Notes under the pieces: model-generated
Seen by the model: the letters and a program-made list of their open reading frames with translations, nothing else
Told to the model about the DNA's origin: nothing
Databases searched by the model: none
Shown here: one piece after another, positions 49,801 through 63,649 of the stretch
Position numbering within the stretch: position 1 is the stretch's first letter
Layout of the letters: each line of letters begins with the position of its first letter
Source of the DNA: Anolis carolinensis
Taxonomy: Eukaryota
Direction of reading: 5' to 3'
Length of the DNA stretch: 64,000 bases
NCBI RefSeq assembly: GCF_035594765.1
Contig: NC_085846.1
Coordinates: 18,029,190-18,093,189, forward strand
Position numbers and translations under genes: made by a program

Positions 49801-52800
49801 AACATACTAAGCATCTACTAACCCCTATGGGTGTTGCTTAACTGGGAGTCTATTTGTTTCCTTAAGTTTTGACTTCCTCAACAGACACGATCTCCAGCTA
49901 CGAGGCTCGCCTTTCCGCTTTGGAGCGGAGCAGCCGAGAAAATGCCTGGAGCCGCCTGTTGCCGCGGTCCAACCCCTTGGATTCCTTAGAGAAACAGATG
50001 GAAAAGGTAAACTAGTGGACAAACAGGAGGCTTTGGGAGGTGCCAAGTTCAGGTCTGCATACAGACTCTGGCATTTCCTTCCTCACTGCAGGCCCAAGAG
50101 GACACTCAGCGGCTCCGGGCCATTGTGCTTCCAATGGAACAGGAAATTGCGGAGTTGAAAGCAAAGTTAGCTCGCGCCGAAGGCCTGGTTCAGGAGTTGC
50201 AGAGCGAGCAGGTAAGATGCAGAGAAGCGGAAAAGCAAGAAGAGGGAATAGGATGGAGGGGAGGCTTGAATCAGTTCGGAACAGGAAAAAGGAGAAAAGA
50301 AGTAATCTCCTGTGTAACATGTCTGCGGTTGTTTTAAAGAATGAAAAGATTGTGCCAGGAGAAATCTAGTGCCGCAAGCCTGTACCTGGATGCAGTAGTT
50401 GTTTTTCTGTGCCAGTAGGTGCCTGGCATTGCAAATTAGCAAACGAAATGAAGGTTGCAATTACACTAGAATTAATGCAGCTTGACACCACTTTAAATGT
50501 CGTGGCTCAATTTATTTTATATACCATACTTGTATCTTGCCTTTCTCAACCCCGAAGGGGACTCAAGGCAGCCTTATAAAGGCAACATTTCATTGCCGCA
50601 TGTATACATACATCAATGAATAAACAAAAACATTAAAGACAACCAATTAAAGCATAACATTAAAACAAGAATTAAAATAACAATCCTGTGATTTCAATGC
50701 TGTGAAATCATGGGGTTTTTACTTTTGCAAGGTCTTTAGCTTTCTCTGCCAAAGAGTGCTGGTGCCTAACCAAACTACAACTCTCACAGTCCTATAGCAT
50801 TGAACTATGGCAGTTAAAGTGGTATCAACATGCATTATTATACAATGTGTTCTCAGAGGCTTTCATGGTCAGAATCACTGAGTTGCTGTGAGCTTTCTGA
50901 GCTGTATGGCCATGTTCCAGAAGCATTCTCACCTGAGACAAGTGGAGTTTATATATGTGAATGTTGCAGTTGGCCACCTTGATTAGCATTGAATAGCCTT
51001 GCAGCTTCAAAGCCTGGCTTCTTCCTGCCTGGGGGAATCCTTGGAAGGTGCAATGCTAATCAAGGTGGCCAACTGCAACATTCACACTTGCCTCAAACAG
51101 ACAAGAGTTCTTTCTCCCACTCTGGTCATTCCACAGATATATAAACCCCACTAGCCTAGTTTCCAACAGACCTCACAACCTCTGAGGATGCCTGCCATAG
51201 ATGTGGGTGAAATGTCAGGAGAGTATGCTTCTGGAACATGACCATACAGCCCAGAAAACTCACAGCAACCCATTAATCTTACAGTTTAGATGCACCCTAA
51301 GTAACTTGGCTTGTGAATGATGTTTGAGCAAAGGCGGGACAAGCTAGCTTTTGCTGGATTGCTCCAAACCTCAAATGAGATATTGGAGTAAAGGAGGTAT
51401 GAAGTGCAAATTAGAGGTTTGATGTTAGCCAGCTCAAAATTCCATGGCCAAGATACCAAGTCTTTCTTTGAACTCCTAGTAATACCTGCCCTGGCAACCC
51501 AGATACCACACTCCCATTCAATATTGAGATTTTTCTCTGTAGTAGCAATTTTTTTAGACTTTGGGAACACAGACAGGACAACTCCAGGAATGTCTCAGAA
51601 TAATTTGGCCATAGCAGCCTGGGGGATTCTGGGAGCTGTAGTTCAAATAAGTAGTGGCTAAATGAGCTCTTCTGTTTGAGGACATTCTAGTTCTGCATGT
51701 ATTTATATGTGCCTTTAAGTTGTCGCCATGAGTTTTACAGGGTTTTCTTAGACACATTTTCTTAGACACACTGTAGAATTAATGCAGTTTGATAACTTAG
51801 AATCATAGAAGAATAGGGTTGGAAGTCACCATATGGCCCATCTAGTCCAACCTCCTGCCATGCAAGAAAAGCACAATCAAAGCACCCCCGACAGATGGCC
51901 ATCCAGGCCTCTGTTTAAAAGCTTCTAAGGAAGAAGTCTCCACCACACTCCGAGGCAGAGAGTTCTACTGTTGAACAGTTCATACAGGCAGGAAGTTCTT
52001 CCTAAAGTTGAGGTGGAATCTCCTTTCCTGTAATTTGAACTTATTGCTCAGAGTCCTAGTCCTTTCACATATTTATACATGGCTATCACTTCTCCTCTCA
52101 ATCCTCTCTTCTGCAGGATAAGTATATCCAGTCCTTTAAGATGCTCGTCATAGAACATGGTCTCCAGAACTCTGATCATTTTAGTTGCCCTCCTCTGGAC
52201 ACCTTCTAGATTGTTAATATCTCTTTTAAACTGTGTTGCCCAGAACTGGACGCAGTATCCCAGATGAGGTCTAACCAAAGCAGAATAGAGAAGCACCATG
52301 ACTTCCTTCAATCTAGACACTATACCCTTTTGATACAGCCCAAAATCCTATTGGCTTTTTAAGCTGCTGCATCACACTGTTGGATCATGTTCAACTTGTC
52401 GTCCATGAAGATTCCAATTTAAGAGCCACGGCTCAGTGGTAAAGAATAATAGGAACAGGAGTTTTGCAAAGTGTTTATCCTTTTTTGCCAAAGAATCCTG
52501 ATGCCCCACCAAACTACAAATCCCAGAATTTCCTACCATTGAGCCATTGTGTCAGAGTGTATTAATTCTGAAGTGTAGTTCTACTCTAAGAGGCCCAGAT
52601 TCACTCTGCTCCCCATGTAATCCAAAGTACTTTTCCCAGTTCTTTCCTCTGAAAGATCAGCTATAATATCTTGTATTCATTTGTCTCCCATCCAGATACT
52701 AACCAGAGCTGCTTAGCTTCCATGATCAGACAGGATCTTATGCTTTTATGATATTTTGCTCTGTGGGGTTTCCTTATTTATCCTTTTTCCTTTCTTCAGC

Positions 52801-55800
52801 GTTCCTTAGGTAGCTCCTCTGAATCCTTGCTGGCTGATGCCGACGTTGTGCCCTCTGATTCAACTCCAGATGACCACATTACTTTGGGAGAAGGAGGGGT
52901 GGCTGATAAATTTGCACGGGGCCTTGACAGTGTATCCATTGCCTCCATTCCTTCCTTGGCCCCGAGTCCAGGGCCTCCAATCCGACGCCGGTTTGCCCCT
53001 AGCCCTGAGACTGTATCCATTGCTTCTTCCACTGGGACCCTGGTGCCAGAGACCATCTACCTGCCACCCGCTGGGTATCAGCTGGTGCCTGCAGCAGAAT
53101 GGACACAGCTGCATGAAAAGGTGTGTGCATACACATGTATGTAGAGTAGAGTGTGCTGAATAGTGTGGATAGATGAGAATTGCAGCTAATTGGGCTTTAT
53201 GCCTGAGAACATGCCTTCTGTACTTTGCTGGGCAATTCACTTGGCAAGTCCGGTTCTTTTCAGATCAAGTTTCCTCTATAATCTGTCAGAGCTTAGAAGC
53301 AGTATGTATGGATCAGAGATGGTTTCCCAACTGTAGTTGTATCATTCCGTTACTTGTAAAAAGAGTTTTTAGTATAAAACAATGAACACAGAGTTTAAAA
53401 GGCAGATTTGTTCATAGGACAGCACTAAGGAAAATTATAAACATTGTATGCTTTTGTATCAGCTTAAAATGCCTCTTACCAGATCCAATAGCACAGACCC
53501 CGTGGAAGTATTTGGTTAAGAAAACTCATGTTTTATTGGCTTGACTGCAGTTCCCTTAAACTATGAATATGATCAAACACCATTACATTTTCTAACTTCC
53601 AGTCCCAACATACTGTAAAGTATTCCTAGGAATTTACTAGGGTCTCCAGGGAAACTTAGTAGTATCCTCCTTGGAAGCTTATCATAAAATCATTTAAGGA
53701 TCTGGCAAATTCTTAGGCCCTACCTACATGATATGATACCGTTTCATAATGCTGTTTAACTGCATTAAACTGCATTATATGGCAAAGTGGACTTAGACAA
53801 TGCAATTCAATGCAGAGAAACTGCATTATGAAACATTTTTGAAGTATAATTTTGGACAATTCTCAGAATCCCTCAGCTGGCATGATCAGTGGCCTTGCTG
53901 GCTGAAAAATTCTTCCTACTTTTGGGCTCTGCATTTGCAAGCTGGTGGTGGGGATGCAAGGGAGTAGTTCCCTTCTGGAGTATTCTGAAGTAGAAGATAA
54001 ATTAAAAGCTGGGGCTAGGATGAAGGATAGTGGGCACTAAACTTCTCTCTTCCTCTTTGACATTTATGACAGTGTTGGAATTGTAAATCAACAAGTAACT
54101 TTTTTTAAATCCCAACTTCTTGTCCTTACTGTCCTTGACTCTCTTCTCCCAGGTCCAGCAGCAACATGAGGCTCTGGAAGCAGCAGCGCAGGAAAAGGCC
54201 AGCCTGGAGGAGGCACTGAGACGTAGCAATGATGAATGTAGCAAGCAGGTTTGCCCTCTTTCTCTGCCCCATGCCAGTTGGTGATAGTCGGGTAATAATA
54301 AAAAGGTTATATGTGTTGTTGAAGGCTTTCATGGCTGGAATCACTGGGTTGCTGTGAGTTTTCTGGGCTGTATGGCCATGTTCCAGAAGCATTCGCTCCT
54401 GATGTTTCGCCCACATTTATGGCAGGCATCCTCAGAGGTTTTGAGGTCTGTTAGAAACTAGGAAAGTGGGGTTTATAGATTTGTGGAACGTCCAGGGTGG
54501 GAGAAAGTACTCTTGTCTGTTTGAGGCAAGTGTGAATGCTGCAATTGTCCATCTTGATTAGCTGTGGACATCTCTACATAAGAACCACGAAACGCAGCAT
54601 TGCCCAAACACAAATCAAGGAACATGAAAGTGCTCAACCAGAGAAGTCAGCCATAGCAAAGCATTTGATGAACCAACCTGGACAGAGCATATTATTTGAG
54701 AACACAGAAATGCTGGACTACTCTAACAACCACAATGTCAGACTACACAGAAGCCACTGAAATCCACAAGCATGTGGACAATTTCAACAGAAAGGAGGAA
54801 AGTATGAAAATGAACAAAATCTGGCTACCAGTATTTTGAAAAACTCTAAAATCAGGACAGTAAATAAAGAACAACACTCAGAAAATAGAGGAATTTCAGA
54901 CATGAAACAATCAGGGTCGGCTAACACCTCCTGACAAATAATTCCCCCAGGCAGAACGCAACCAGGCTTTGAAGCTGCAATGCCATTCAGTGCTAATCAA
55001 GATGGCCAATTGGAACATTCGCACTTGCCTCAAACGGACAAATAGTTCTTTCTCCCCTGGACATTCCATAGATACCCTGTTCCCCCGAAAATAAGACATT
55101 TTCAGAAAATAAGACCTAGTAGAGGTTTTGCTGAATTGCTAAATATAAGGCCTCCTCCAAATGTAAGACCTAGAAAAGTTTGGAAGCATGCCTGCTGAAC
55201 AGAACACCAGAGCATGCAGGATTGGTAAATGTACGTACCATAGATTGATGTACAGTAGAGTTCCGGTTATCCGTATTCCGGTTAATCAACACTCCCTCTC
55301 CTTCTCTTGAGTTCCTTCCTAGGGCAGCCCAGGGAAGGGAGCTCAATGGAAGAAGAGGGAGAGAGAGGAGGTAGCGCCCTGTGAGCGTTGCTAGGCAGCA
55401 GCAATCACGGGGCGCTTCCTGGAGCCGAGAAATGCTCCCCGGGTTTCCTTCAGCCAGGCCATTGCTGGAGGAAGGAAACTCTTTCCTCCAGCAAGAGCCT
55501 GGCCAAGGGAAACCCGGGGTGGGCTCCCGTTTCTCCAAAGGCCAGGCCCTTGCCAGGCTGGGCCCTGGTGCTGCCGGAACCTGGTGTGGTGAAGGAGCTG
55601 AGGGATGGAGGCGGGCAAGCAAAGGAGGGCGGCAAAGTCCCTTCCTCACTCACTGGTTCTCTCACTCACTCACTCACCCCACCACGTCTCCGTGCTGCCG
55701 TTGCCGCTGCTGGGATCTGGCCTGGTAAGTGAGCGAGGGAGGGAGGGCGAGCAAGCACCCACCCTGTTCTCCGTCAGTTTCGCTTATCTGTCATTCTGCC

Positions 55801-58800
55801 CGCCAGTTTATGACGGATAAGCAGGGCTCTACTGTACATGGAAATAATGGTAGTAACAAGAAATTATTGATAGGATTTCACAGTTTGTCTGGTTATGCTG
55901 GTTTGTGATGACAACTACTGTACAGTATGTAATAAATGTTAATTTTATTGTTCAACAATAAATGTGAATTATTCTTCATGGGAAAATAAGACATCCCCCT
56001 GAATATAAGACCTAGAAAATCTTCGGGGGCAAAAATTAATATACAAAATTGTCTTATTTTGGGGGAAATATGGTATATAAACCCCACTTACCTAGTTTCC
56101 AACAGATCCCACAATCTCTGTGGATGCCTGCCATAGATGTGGGTGAAATGTCAGGAGAGAATGCTTCTGTAACATGGCCAAACAGCCCAGAAAACTCACA
56201 GCAACCCAAAAAGTTTATATATCCCACCTAGCCAAAAGAGCAAGTCATAATGTCTGGTAGGAGATTAAGTTGAGTAACATCTGGAGGGTCACCCACTGTG
56301 AATTTCTGGGCTGAAAAAAGATGACTGAACCAAAGCTACTTAGGGAGTTTTATAGCAATTAATAGTCTACAACTGTCCCTGAAGTAAACTGGATCTATGA
56401 AAGATTATACTGCAACTTCTTTCCATTACTCTCATATATGCCAAAAGATGCCATTGCATACCAATACAGACTAACATGCCTATTTCTTTGAAAAATTTGT
56501 AGGCATTTGAAATTGGATCCCTCTGGTCTTGGTCTGTGCTAGTACTGAATGTAGTTCCAGACCACAAGGAGTTATTTGGTTGTTGAACATTGACATACAT
56601 TATTGCTATAGCAGTGTTTTTCAAACTCTGCTCCTCAAAGTGTTTTGGACTTCAGTTCCCACAATTCCTAATAGCTGGTAAGCTGGCTGGTATTTCTGGG
56701 AGCTGAGTTCCAAAATACTTGGAGAAGTAGAGTTTAAGAAACACTATGCTATAGTATAAATTTATATTGGTGATAAATGATTCAGTAAATGGTACACAGC
56801 ACTGAAACTCACTGGCTGTGGTCGAATTGGTTCCTTGAAATAATTTGATTCAGGGTTTCCTCAATTAGTAGTCAAATTCTCCATCATTACTTACATGTTG
56901 CAACCGGGTTTCTCAGGGGTTACAGAAGCATTCAAAGCAAACCAAAGTGCGCAAATTTAAACCATCTCCGCCTTCATAGCAAAGAGTGTGTGTTTTGTTG
57001 TTGAGGGCCCAAAAGAGATTCCCTGATGTCAACTTATGCCTATTTTTCCCCCATGAAATTTTTTTTTGGGGGGAGAAAGGTTTGATATGGTGACCCTGAA
57101 CAGTGCGAAATGGATGCACTCCATTATGTTTACTGATTTTAAAAATACGATTTCCACCTTCTGTGACTTATCCATTCCCTCCCTCTCTTTCTGGGCAGGT
57201 TCAGGTTCTTTTAACTCAGGTCCAAACCTCAGAGCGCCTCCTCCAAGGCCTCCAAACCCTGGTGAGCGAAACACAGCGCCAGACTCAGGAGCAAATGGTG
57301 AGTTAACTTCATGCATAGCAATGTTGGTAGCCAATCTAGTAAAAAAAAAGTCATTTCTTCAGTATACCATTAATGGCACTCTGGTACAGCTTTAACTCCC
57401 ATGACCGCCTCTCAGAGAATCCTGGGATTTGTAGTTTTGTAATTTATTTAGAATTCTCTTACAGAGTCTTCTAGTGCCTGGCAAAACTGCAAAGCCACAG
57501 ATTGTATAGCCATGATTGGTAAAATGGTCTTAAAATAGTATTCACCACAAAGCAGGAAAATGATCCTGGAAGAGCAGGAGCAGATGAAGCAGGAAACTGG
57601 ACCTAAACTGTGTCTTTTTTCAACTATACAGCACATTATTCAGCCAAGAGTGACATTTCCATTCAGTTTAGAGGATTCTGGGGCTGCACTCTAAAAAAAG
57701 GCACACTTCCAAAATCTACAAAAGAATGAGGCACGGACAAGGTTTCCTCACTTTTGAGATGGTTACAGAATCCATCTCGGGTGTAGAACTATAGCTCAGA
57801 AAAGAGAAGGTCAAGGATATTAGGGGAAGTGTAAATGATGCATCTCCAGTGTGGGAGTTGCTTGGAAACAACTGTCTGCAGTAGCTCTCTGATGCTATGA
57901 CTTTTGGATGGAAAATCTATTACGCTGTATGTCGGGCCAAATGAGGGGTCTTTGTGCCAGCACTGTAGTAACCTTAGATGTATACGACAAACAATGCACT
58001 ATGTTATAGTGAGTTGCAATCCTATGTGCTATTTACTGAATATATAGCCTCTTCATACTAGCACTGTGGAATGTTGTCTTGGAGACTTAGTTATGTGTGA
58101 GCAGACAAAGCACTGCCTTTAGATATTGTTGTATTGCAACTCTTTATCATCTTTAGCCAGATAAACCAATTGGGAGTCATGATGGCAGTTCATAACAACA
58201 GCAACACTTGAAGGACCTTGCTTTGCCTATACGTTATAATGTATTTACAGTCAGTCCTCGACATCTGTGGGTTTAACTTTGGTGGATTTGATTACTCGTC
58301 AATTTGATTAATATGTTCTTTCTAGAAATCTCTAGGTTCTATGGCATGACCCTAATGGTCAGCTTCTCTGCTAGAGGACCTGGGAATTCCTAGAGAGGTG
58401 TTCCCTTAGGTTAAATAAATACATTTTTTGTTTATGGTTTTCCTTGCGCCCTCCCTCCCATCCATGAATGGATGGAAGAGAAGGCCCTATTTATTTTTTT
58501 ACACATTGAATTTATGTTCCATTTCTCAGCCAAGTTAGATGTCCAAATTTGTGTATGGAAATCTAATTTATGTGTGAATATCCATTCTAATAAAAAGTAG
58601 AGTACCAGTAGAAATAACTTGCTTTTGCAGGAAAGTGATTTAGAGACTTCCACACAGAGGTATGTGTATAAATTAAATTTTAAATCATTCCCTGGGCAAC
58701 ATCTCTGTAGATGGCCAATTCTCTCACACTAGAAGTGACTTGCACTATGTTCTCAAGTCACTTCTGACACAATAAAAATAAAATCACCATGAAACCCAAA

Positions 58801-60796
58801 TAAAGGCTGAAATACCTCATTTTCTTATGTTCCGCCTTCCTATGTGCACTGTCTCACCTTCCACCCTGTCTTCTAGGCTGACTTGGCTGCATCTCACAAG
58901 CGGATGAGCTATGAAGTGCAACGTCTCAGTGCGGAGAATGAAGGACTGCGTAGTGCTTCTTCCCAAGATCCCTGCCCAGCTATGGATGATGACAATGGGA
59001 GCTTCCCTAGCACTGTTGAGGTAATTTTAATGTGTCTTTTCCTTGACTTGGGGACAAATTATAAGACAAGTGGACACTGGGGTGATGAGAGTAGTCAAAA
59101 TCACAAACTGTTTTCCCCATATCCCTCCAGGAGCTTCAGGCTTTGGTGAATAAGCTGAGACAAGGGTCTGCTTCTCAGCTCCGGGCGGCAGAGCATCAAG
59201 CTGAGCGCCTGCGAATCGAGATCGTGTCTTTGAGGGAACGGCTGGATGAAGAAGCAACATCTCAGTCCGGACTGCAAGAGGCACTGGAAAGAGAGCAAGA
59301 GGAAAGAGGTGGATAGAGAGCAATGGCCTTGATTGTAGGGAGGGATGGGAAACATGCTGCCCTCCAGGCTTTCTCCCCTCAACATTCCCAAAGTAGGACT
59401 CTGGGCTTTGAGAACAGAAGTGAGGAACCTTAACTTGAGATGCTGTTGTGTCCCTTCGAATCCTTCCCAAATTCTGGCAACCCTATCCTGGGGTTTTACT
59501 ATTATTTATATGAGGGTTGCCATGGCCTTTGAGGCTGAGAGAGTGTGACTTTCTTAAAGTAGGTTTCTGTGATTGAGTGGGGATTTGAACCCTGCTCTCC
59601 CAGTGGTGAAAGGATTGGACCAAAAGCACATGCATATTTGAGCAGCAGCCTCCTATCAATAACTAAGCCCTGAGAGAGTCACATCAGCCTTTCAAAAAGG
59701 GGGAACGCATACACATATTGGGCAAGGGAATTGGGGCCTTGGCTATCTGTGGAACTTGAGGACTAGACAAAAGACTGGATTTAGCTTTGGGACTGGAGAT
59801 TTCTCAATGTTGATTAAAAAGCTTGGAGGTTAGGGATTTGTACTATCTCTTTTGTGTGCAAATGTAACTCATTCTCTTTTTGTCTTTCCTTTTGTCTTCT
59901 TTCTCTGGAAGAGCTTTTGCAGGGTAAGTTGTTTTCTGTTGGTGTTTATTTCTACATTTGGAAGCTGAACACTGTGAACGCTGGCATCACAGGCTGAAAC
60001 TCTTCTCTTTCTCATTTCCCAGCTTCCTTGAATAGTATTCAAAGTGAGATGGAGAGACTACAGCAAAGCCAGGAAGAGATGAATAGAACCCAGGTTTGTT
60101 GAGTTTCTCTTTGCTTTCTTCCTCCCCCATTTTTGGCATTTCACTTCCCATAATTCCTGCTTTTAAATCAGGAGAGAGAATTAAGTGGTATTGTTGTTTG
60201 CTTGCTGCTCCCAGGAGTTGACATGGTTGATTATTCGTTCACTGCTTGTAACATTTCTAGCCAAGTTCAGATCGGCTTCTCATGTGGCCCATCAACTGAG
60301 TGAACCCATTGTATGACTTCTTATTAGAGTTAGGGATTCAGTGTAAATTTAGGCCCCTTCTGCACTGCCATATAATCCAGATTATCAGAGCAGATGGCCC
60401 ATATTATCTTCTTTGAACTGGATTATCCAAGTCTACATTGCCATATAGTCCAGTTCAAAGATGATAACCTGGATTTTATATGGCAGTATGGATGGGGCCT
60501 TAGTGATACTTGGTATAAGCCCCCGAAATCAATGGGATTTAGGTTGCATCCTGTTGACTTCAGTGGGTTTGTAAGCATGGGCCAATCCTCAAGTACATTC
60601 TTAGTTCATGGAACTGCAAAAATAGATTGGCCAAATACTTTGTAGGCCATTCGCAAAGTCTCTGGTTATACATTCCTAGGGGCTGTGAGACACTTTGAGG
60701 TCACTGTCCTTTGCTTCCTTTTTTGTACTATAGGCACAGATTGACGCTCCCTGTTTGGGAGAAGCCAGCAGCGTTCAGGAGAGGTCAGAGCCTTAG
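46670..60796 (+). CDS. RABEP2: Rab GTPase-binding effector protein 2 (rabaptin-5 beta), 12 exons, predicted 483 aa, C-terminus shorter than the mammalian protein
   Basis: Exons 46670-46676, 48679-48897, 49885-50006, 50092-50211, 52800-53120, 54153-54248, 57199-57297, 58877-59020, 59131-59308, 59912-59923 (12-nt microexon), 60023-60093, 60734-60796. Diagnostic peptides: [84 protein letters not shown] at 60944 and 61036. Confidence 0.92.
46833..48482 (+). repeat. Degenerate telomere-like G-rich satellite in RABEP2 intron 1
   Basis: Starts GTTAGGGTTAGGG. From about 47030 it has recurring 20-45 bp units such as TTTATAGGGTTAAAAGTCTTTAGGTTTGGGTTGGGGATGAGGGA. Interrupted by a MITE (about 46869-47027), a hAT MITE (about 47135-47269) and an L2-type tail (about 48235-48430). 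Confidence 0.8.
50848..51270. mobile_element. Penelope-like element, inverted fragments
   Basis: Homologous to 17093-17650. Confidence 0.75.
51800..52412 (-). mobile_element. CR1 LINE 3' fragment
   Basis: ORF 52048-52320 [34 protein letters not shown]. Confidence 0.9.
54313..56207. mobile_element. Penelope-like element with GIY-YIG endonuclease remnant, containing nested Mariner-type MITEs
   Basis: CGHLYI.TTKRS...IKEH..SAIAKHL...ENTEMLD at 54560-54830. TA-flanked MITE 55075-56073 contains a second TA-flanked MITE 55253-55834. Confidence 0.8.
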
Positions 60797-62870
60797 GCTG
60801 AGATGGGGAGGCCATGGCTGCTTTTCCTCCCTACCCAGCACTGTGGGAATCTCAGGGAAACTGTGATCCACGAGGCACCAAATGAGTTCATCTCTGTCCT
60901 GCAGAAGCCTGATCAGGCCCTTCTCCACATGGGTTAGGAGAGCAATAAACTCTGGAGATAGGATGACTGGAATGTCTCATTTCTTCCTTCTCCTTTTCTT
61001 CTGTATATTGACTGACACTGGAGCTTCCAGAGCACAATAAAGATGCTTTTTTTGTACATTCCTCTGTCTGTCTCATTTTCTTTCTTGGGTAAATGATTAG
61101 ATAGGGAAGTAGTGTGGTAGTTTTAGCACAAAGCTTTGTTTCCTTGGTTGGAAACCTTCCAAGTGATTATCAAGTTTAATTCTCTACTTGTTTCCTGGAT
61201 TGTAGAGAGACACCCTAGAGTTACACTCATAAAAGTGCTTATAAAAGTTCGTTTATTTCATAAAGGTAAATAGAGAGATAGAAAATTTGTACATTGATTA
61301 AAACCAGAAATCTGATAGTGGCTATGAGAAACCTCCACGTTGCCATGTTATTAGCAGTCATGCTTACGTTTTGTAAACTTGGGTTGAGGGTTTCTTTGAT
61401 TGAATTTATCTGCCTGTATAAATGAAAATCAGCTTAGTGATTTGAACATTGAACTTTGATTCTGGAGACCAGGATATGGTTCTCTTTTTAGTTACTGGGT
61501 GGCTTTGGGTGAGTTGTACATTCTGAGACCCAGAAAACCCCATGATAGCTTTACCTTAGGGTCACCATAAGTCAGAAATGTCTTGAAGTAACACAACGCC
61601 ATTAAAAATAACTGTACAAACAAGAGAGAGAAGAGGTGTGAAGTTGTGATAAAAAGAGAAAGCTATTAATGGCTATGATACTTGCTTGGAGGCAATAGGT
61701 TTGCTGTACCCTTGGCTTTCCTATGGTGCATACTTTACACACTGCATTGGGAATCACCGTTGGAAAGTTAGTTAAAAGGATAGTACCTCTTAATAACAGT
61801 TTCATTGTCCTATGGAGGGGTAGCTGAGTATGTTTGCAGCAAAAAGGACAAACAGAACTGCAGCACTGTACAGATTGACCGCTTTCAGTCAGGAGCCTAC
61901 TTCTGGAAAGGATTATAATTTTTGACCATTTTTAAACCCTTTTCTCTAGCTGTAGATAAAGAGTAGCACAGGGAATAAGTACCTTGATCTCTTGCTTTGA
62001 GAAGGTCTGTTGCTGTTTTCTGAAACTACATACACAAAGAGCGAGAGGATTTGTGCTCAACCTCTGACCTTGTCACAGAGCAGCATTTGCCTATGAGTTG
62101 ATACTTGACTTGTAAAATTCTAGAGCAGTGGTTCTCAAACTTTTTGGCTATGCTCCATCTAAGCACCTCTAATATCCTCATGCCTCCCCTCCCCCTGTGA
62201 CATAAAACACTATGTAACGTGATTTTTGTTCCTGGGCTATAAATGTAATTTCCTAACTGGTTCTATAATAAAAACATGGAAAAAATCTATTAAACTGCAA
62301 AAACTGTGTTTTTGCAAGACATCCTGCAGCACATTTTGCTATAGTTTTTCAATGAATATCTCATCAAGTCTCAACCAATTCAATATAGTTTGTGACAGCC
62401 ACAAAAACGAAGTTTCTGGAGTATAACAACTACTTTCAAAGTAAGTACCACACATTTAAACAGGCAATAACACTTTCAAACCAGGAACATATTTTTTTTC
62501 AAATTTTGTTAAATAATGTAATTTTTATTACTCAGAAAGTGAACTCCTACACACATGAAGCCTAAAAGGCCATTAATTTGGTCTAAGCAGCTTCCAAAGG
62601 ACATGGTATGCATGACAGTGAGAAATAAAAGAAAATCGATTTGAGTCAACAGCATTGACTTCAGGGCAACTTAAGTGTCCAACTTCACTGTGAGAACATG
62701 TGAGAATATCCTGTCACCTGATGTTAATTTCCTTGTGGCTGATAATTTTTTAAATTATGTTTTCCATACCAAAAAACGGACTTTCACAGGTAAGTAATAA
62801 TTATTTGGATTTTCTTCCGGATTCCTTGCTGCATTCATATGCAGAACAAAATAGTATTAACGTATTTTAA

Positions 62871-63100
62871 TAGAATCATAGAGTTGGAAGAGATCACATG
62901 GGCCATCTAGTCCAACCCCCTGCCATGCAGGAAAAGCACAATTAAAGCACCCCTGAAGGATGGCCATCCAATCTTTACTTAAAAGTTTCCATTGAAGGAG
63001 CTTCCATCGCACTCCTAGGCAGGGAGTTCCACTGATGAAAAGCTCTTACAGTCAGGAAGTTCTTCCTAATGTTCAGGTGGAACCTCCTTTCCTGTAATTT
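62871..63100 (-). mobile_element. CR1 3' end (another copy at about 10674-10886)
   Basis: TAGAATCATAGAGTTGGAAGAG terminal repeat and CR1 3' UTR. Confidence 0.8.
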
Positions 63101-63649
63101 GAACTCCGAGCTTTAGATTGTGCTTTTTCTGCACGGAGGGATTGGAGTAGATGGCCTATGCGCTCTTCCAACTCTTTGTGTGCCAACACCAAATGCTTTA
63201 GGGTGCATCTACACCAGACATGGGCAAACTTTCAGCCCAGGTGTTTTGGACTTCAACTTCCTAACAACCTATTGGCATTTGGTGTTGAATTTCAAAACAG
63301 CTGGAGGAAGGCCGAAGTTTTCCCATGCCTGATCTACACTGTAGAATTAATGCAGTTTGGCACCACTTTAACTGCCTTGATTCACTGTTATTGAATCCTG
63401 GGAGTTGTCGTTTTTACAAGGTCGGCCAAAAAGTGCTGGTGCCTCACTAAACTAAATATCCCTGGATCCCATGCTATTGAGCCTATTGAGGGGGGGGGGG
63501 GGGGTCAAAGTGCGTTAATTTGTGTACACGCACCCCTTGTGAAACTACACCTCCCAGGATCCCATGCTGTTGAGCCAATGCAGTTCAAAGGGTTTCACGC
63601 TACATCCATTCATTCTAGAACCAGCAGTGGCAACGTTGAAGCACAAGGG

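Noticed and set aside
55170-55820. Several overlapping 70-160 aa ORFs
   Set aside because: They lie inside nested MITEs; GC-rich, with no domain signature.
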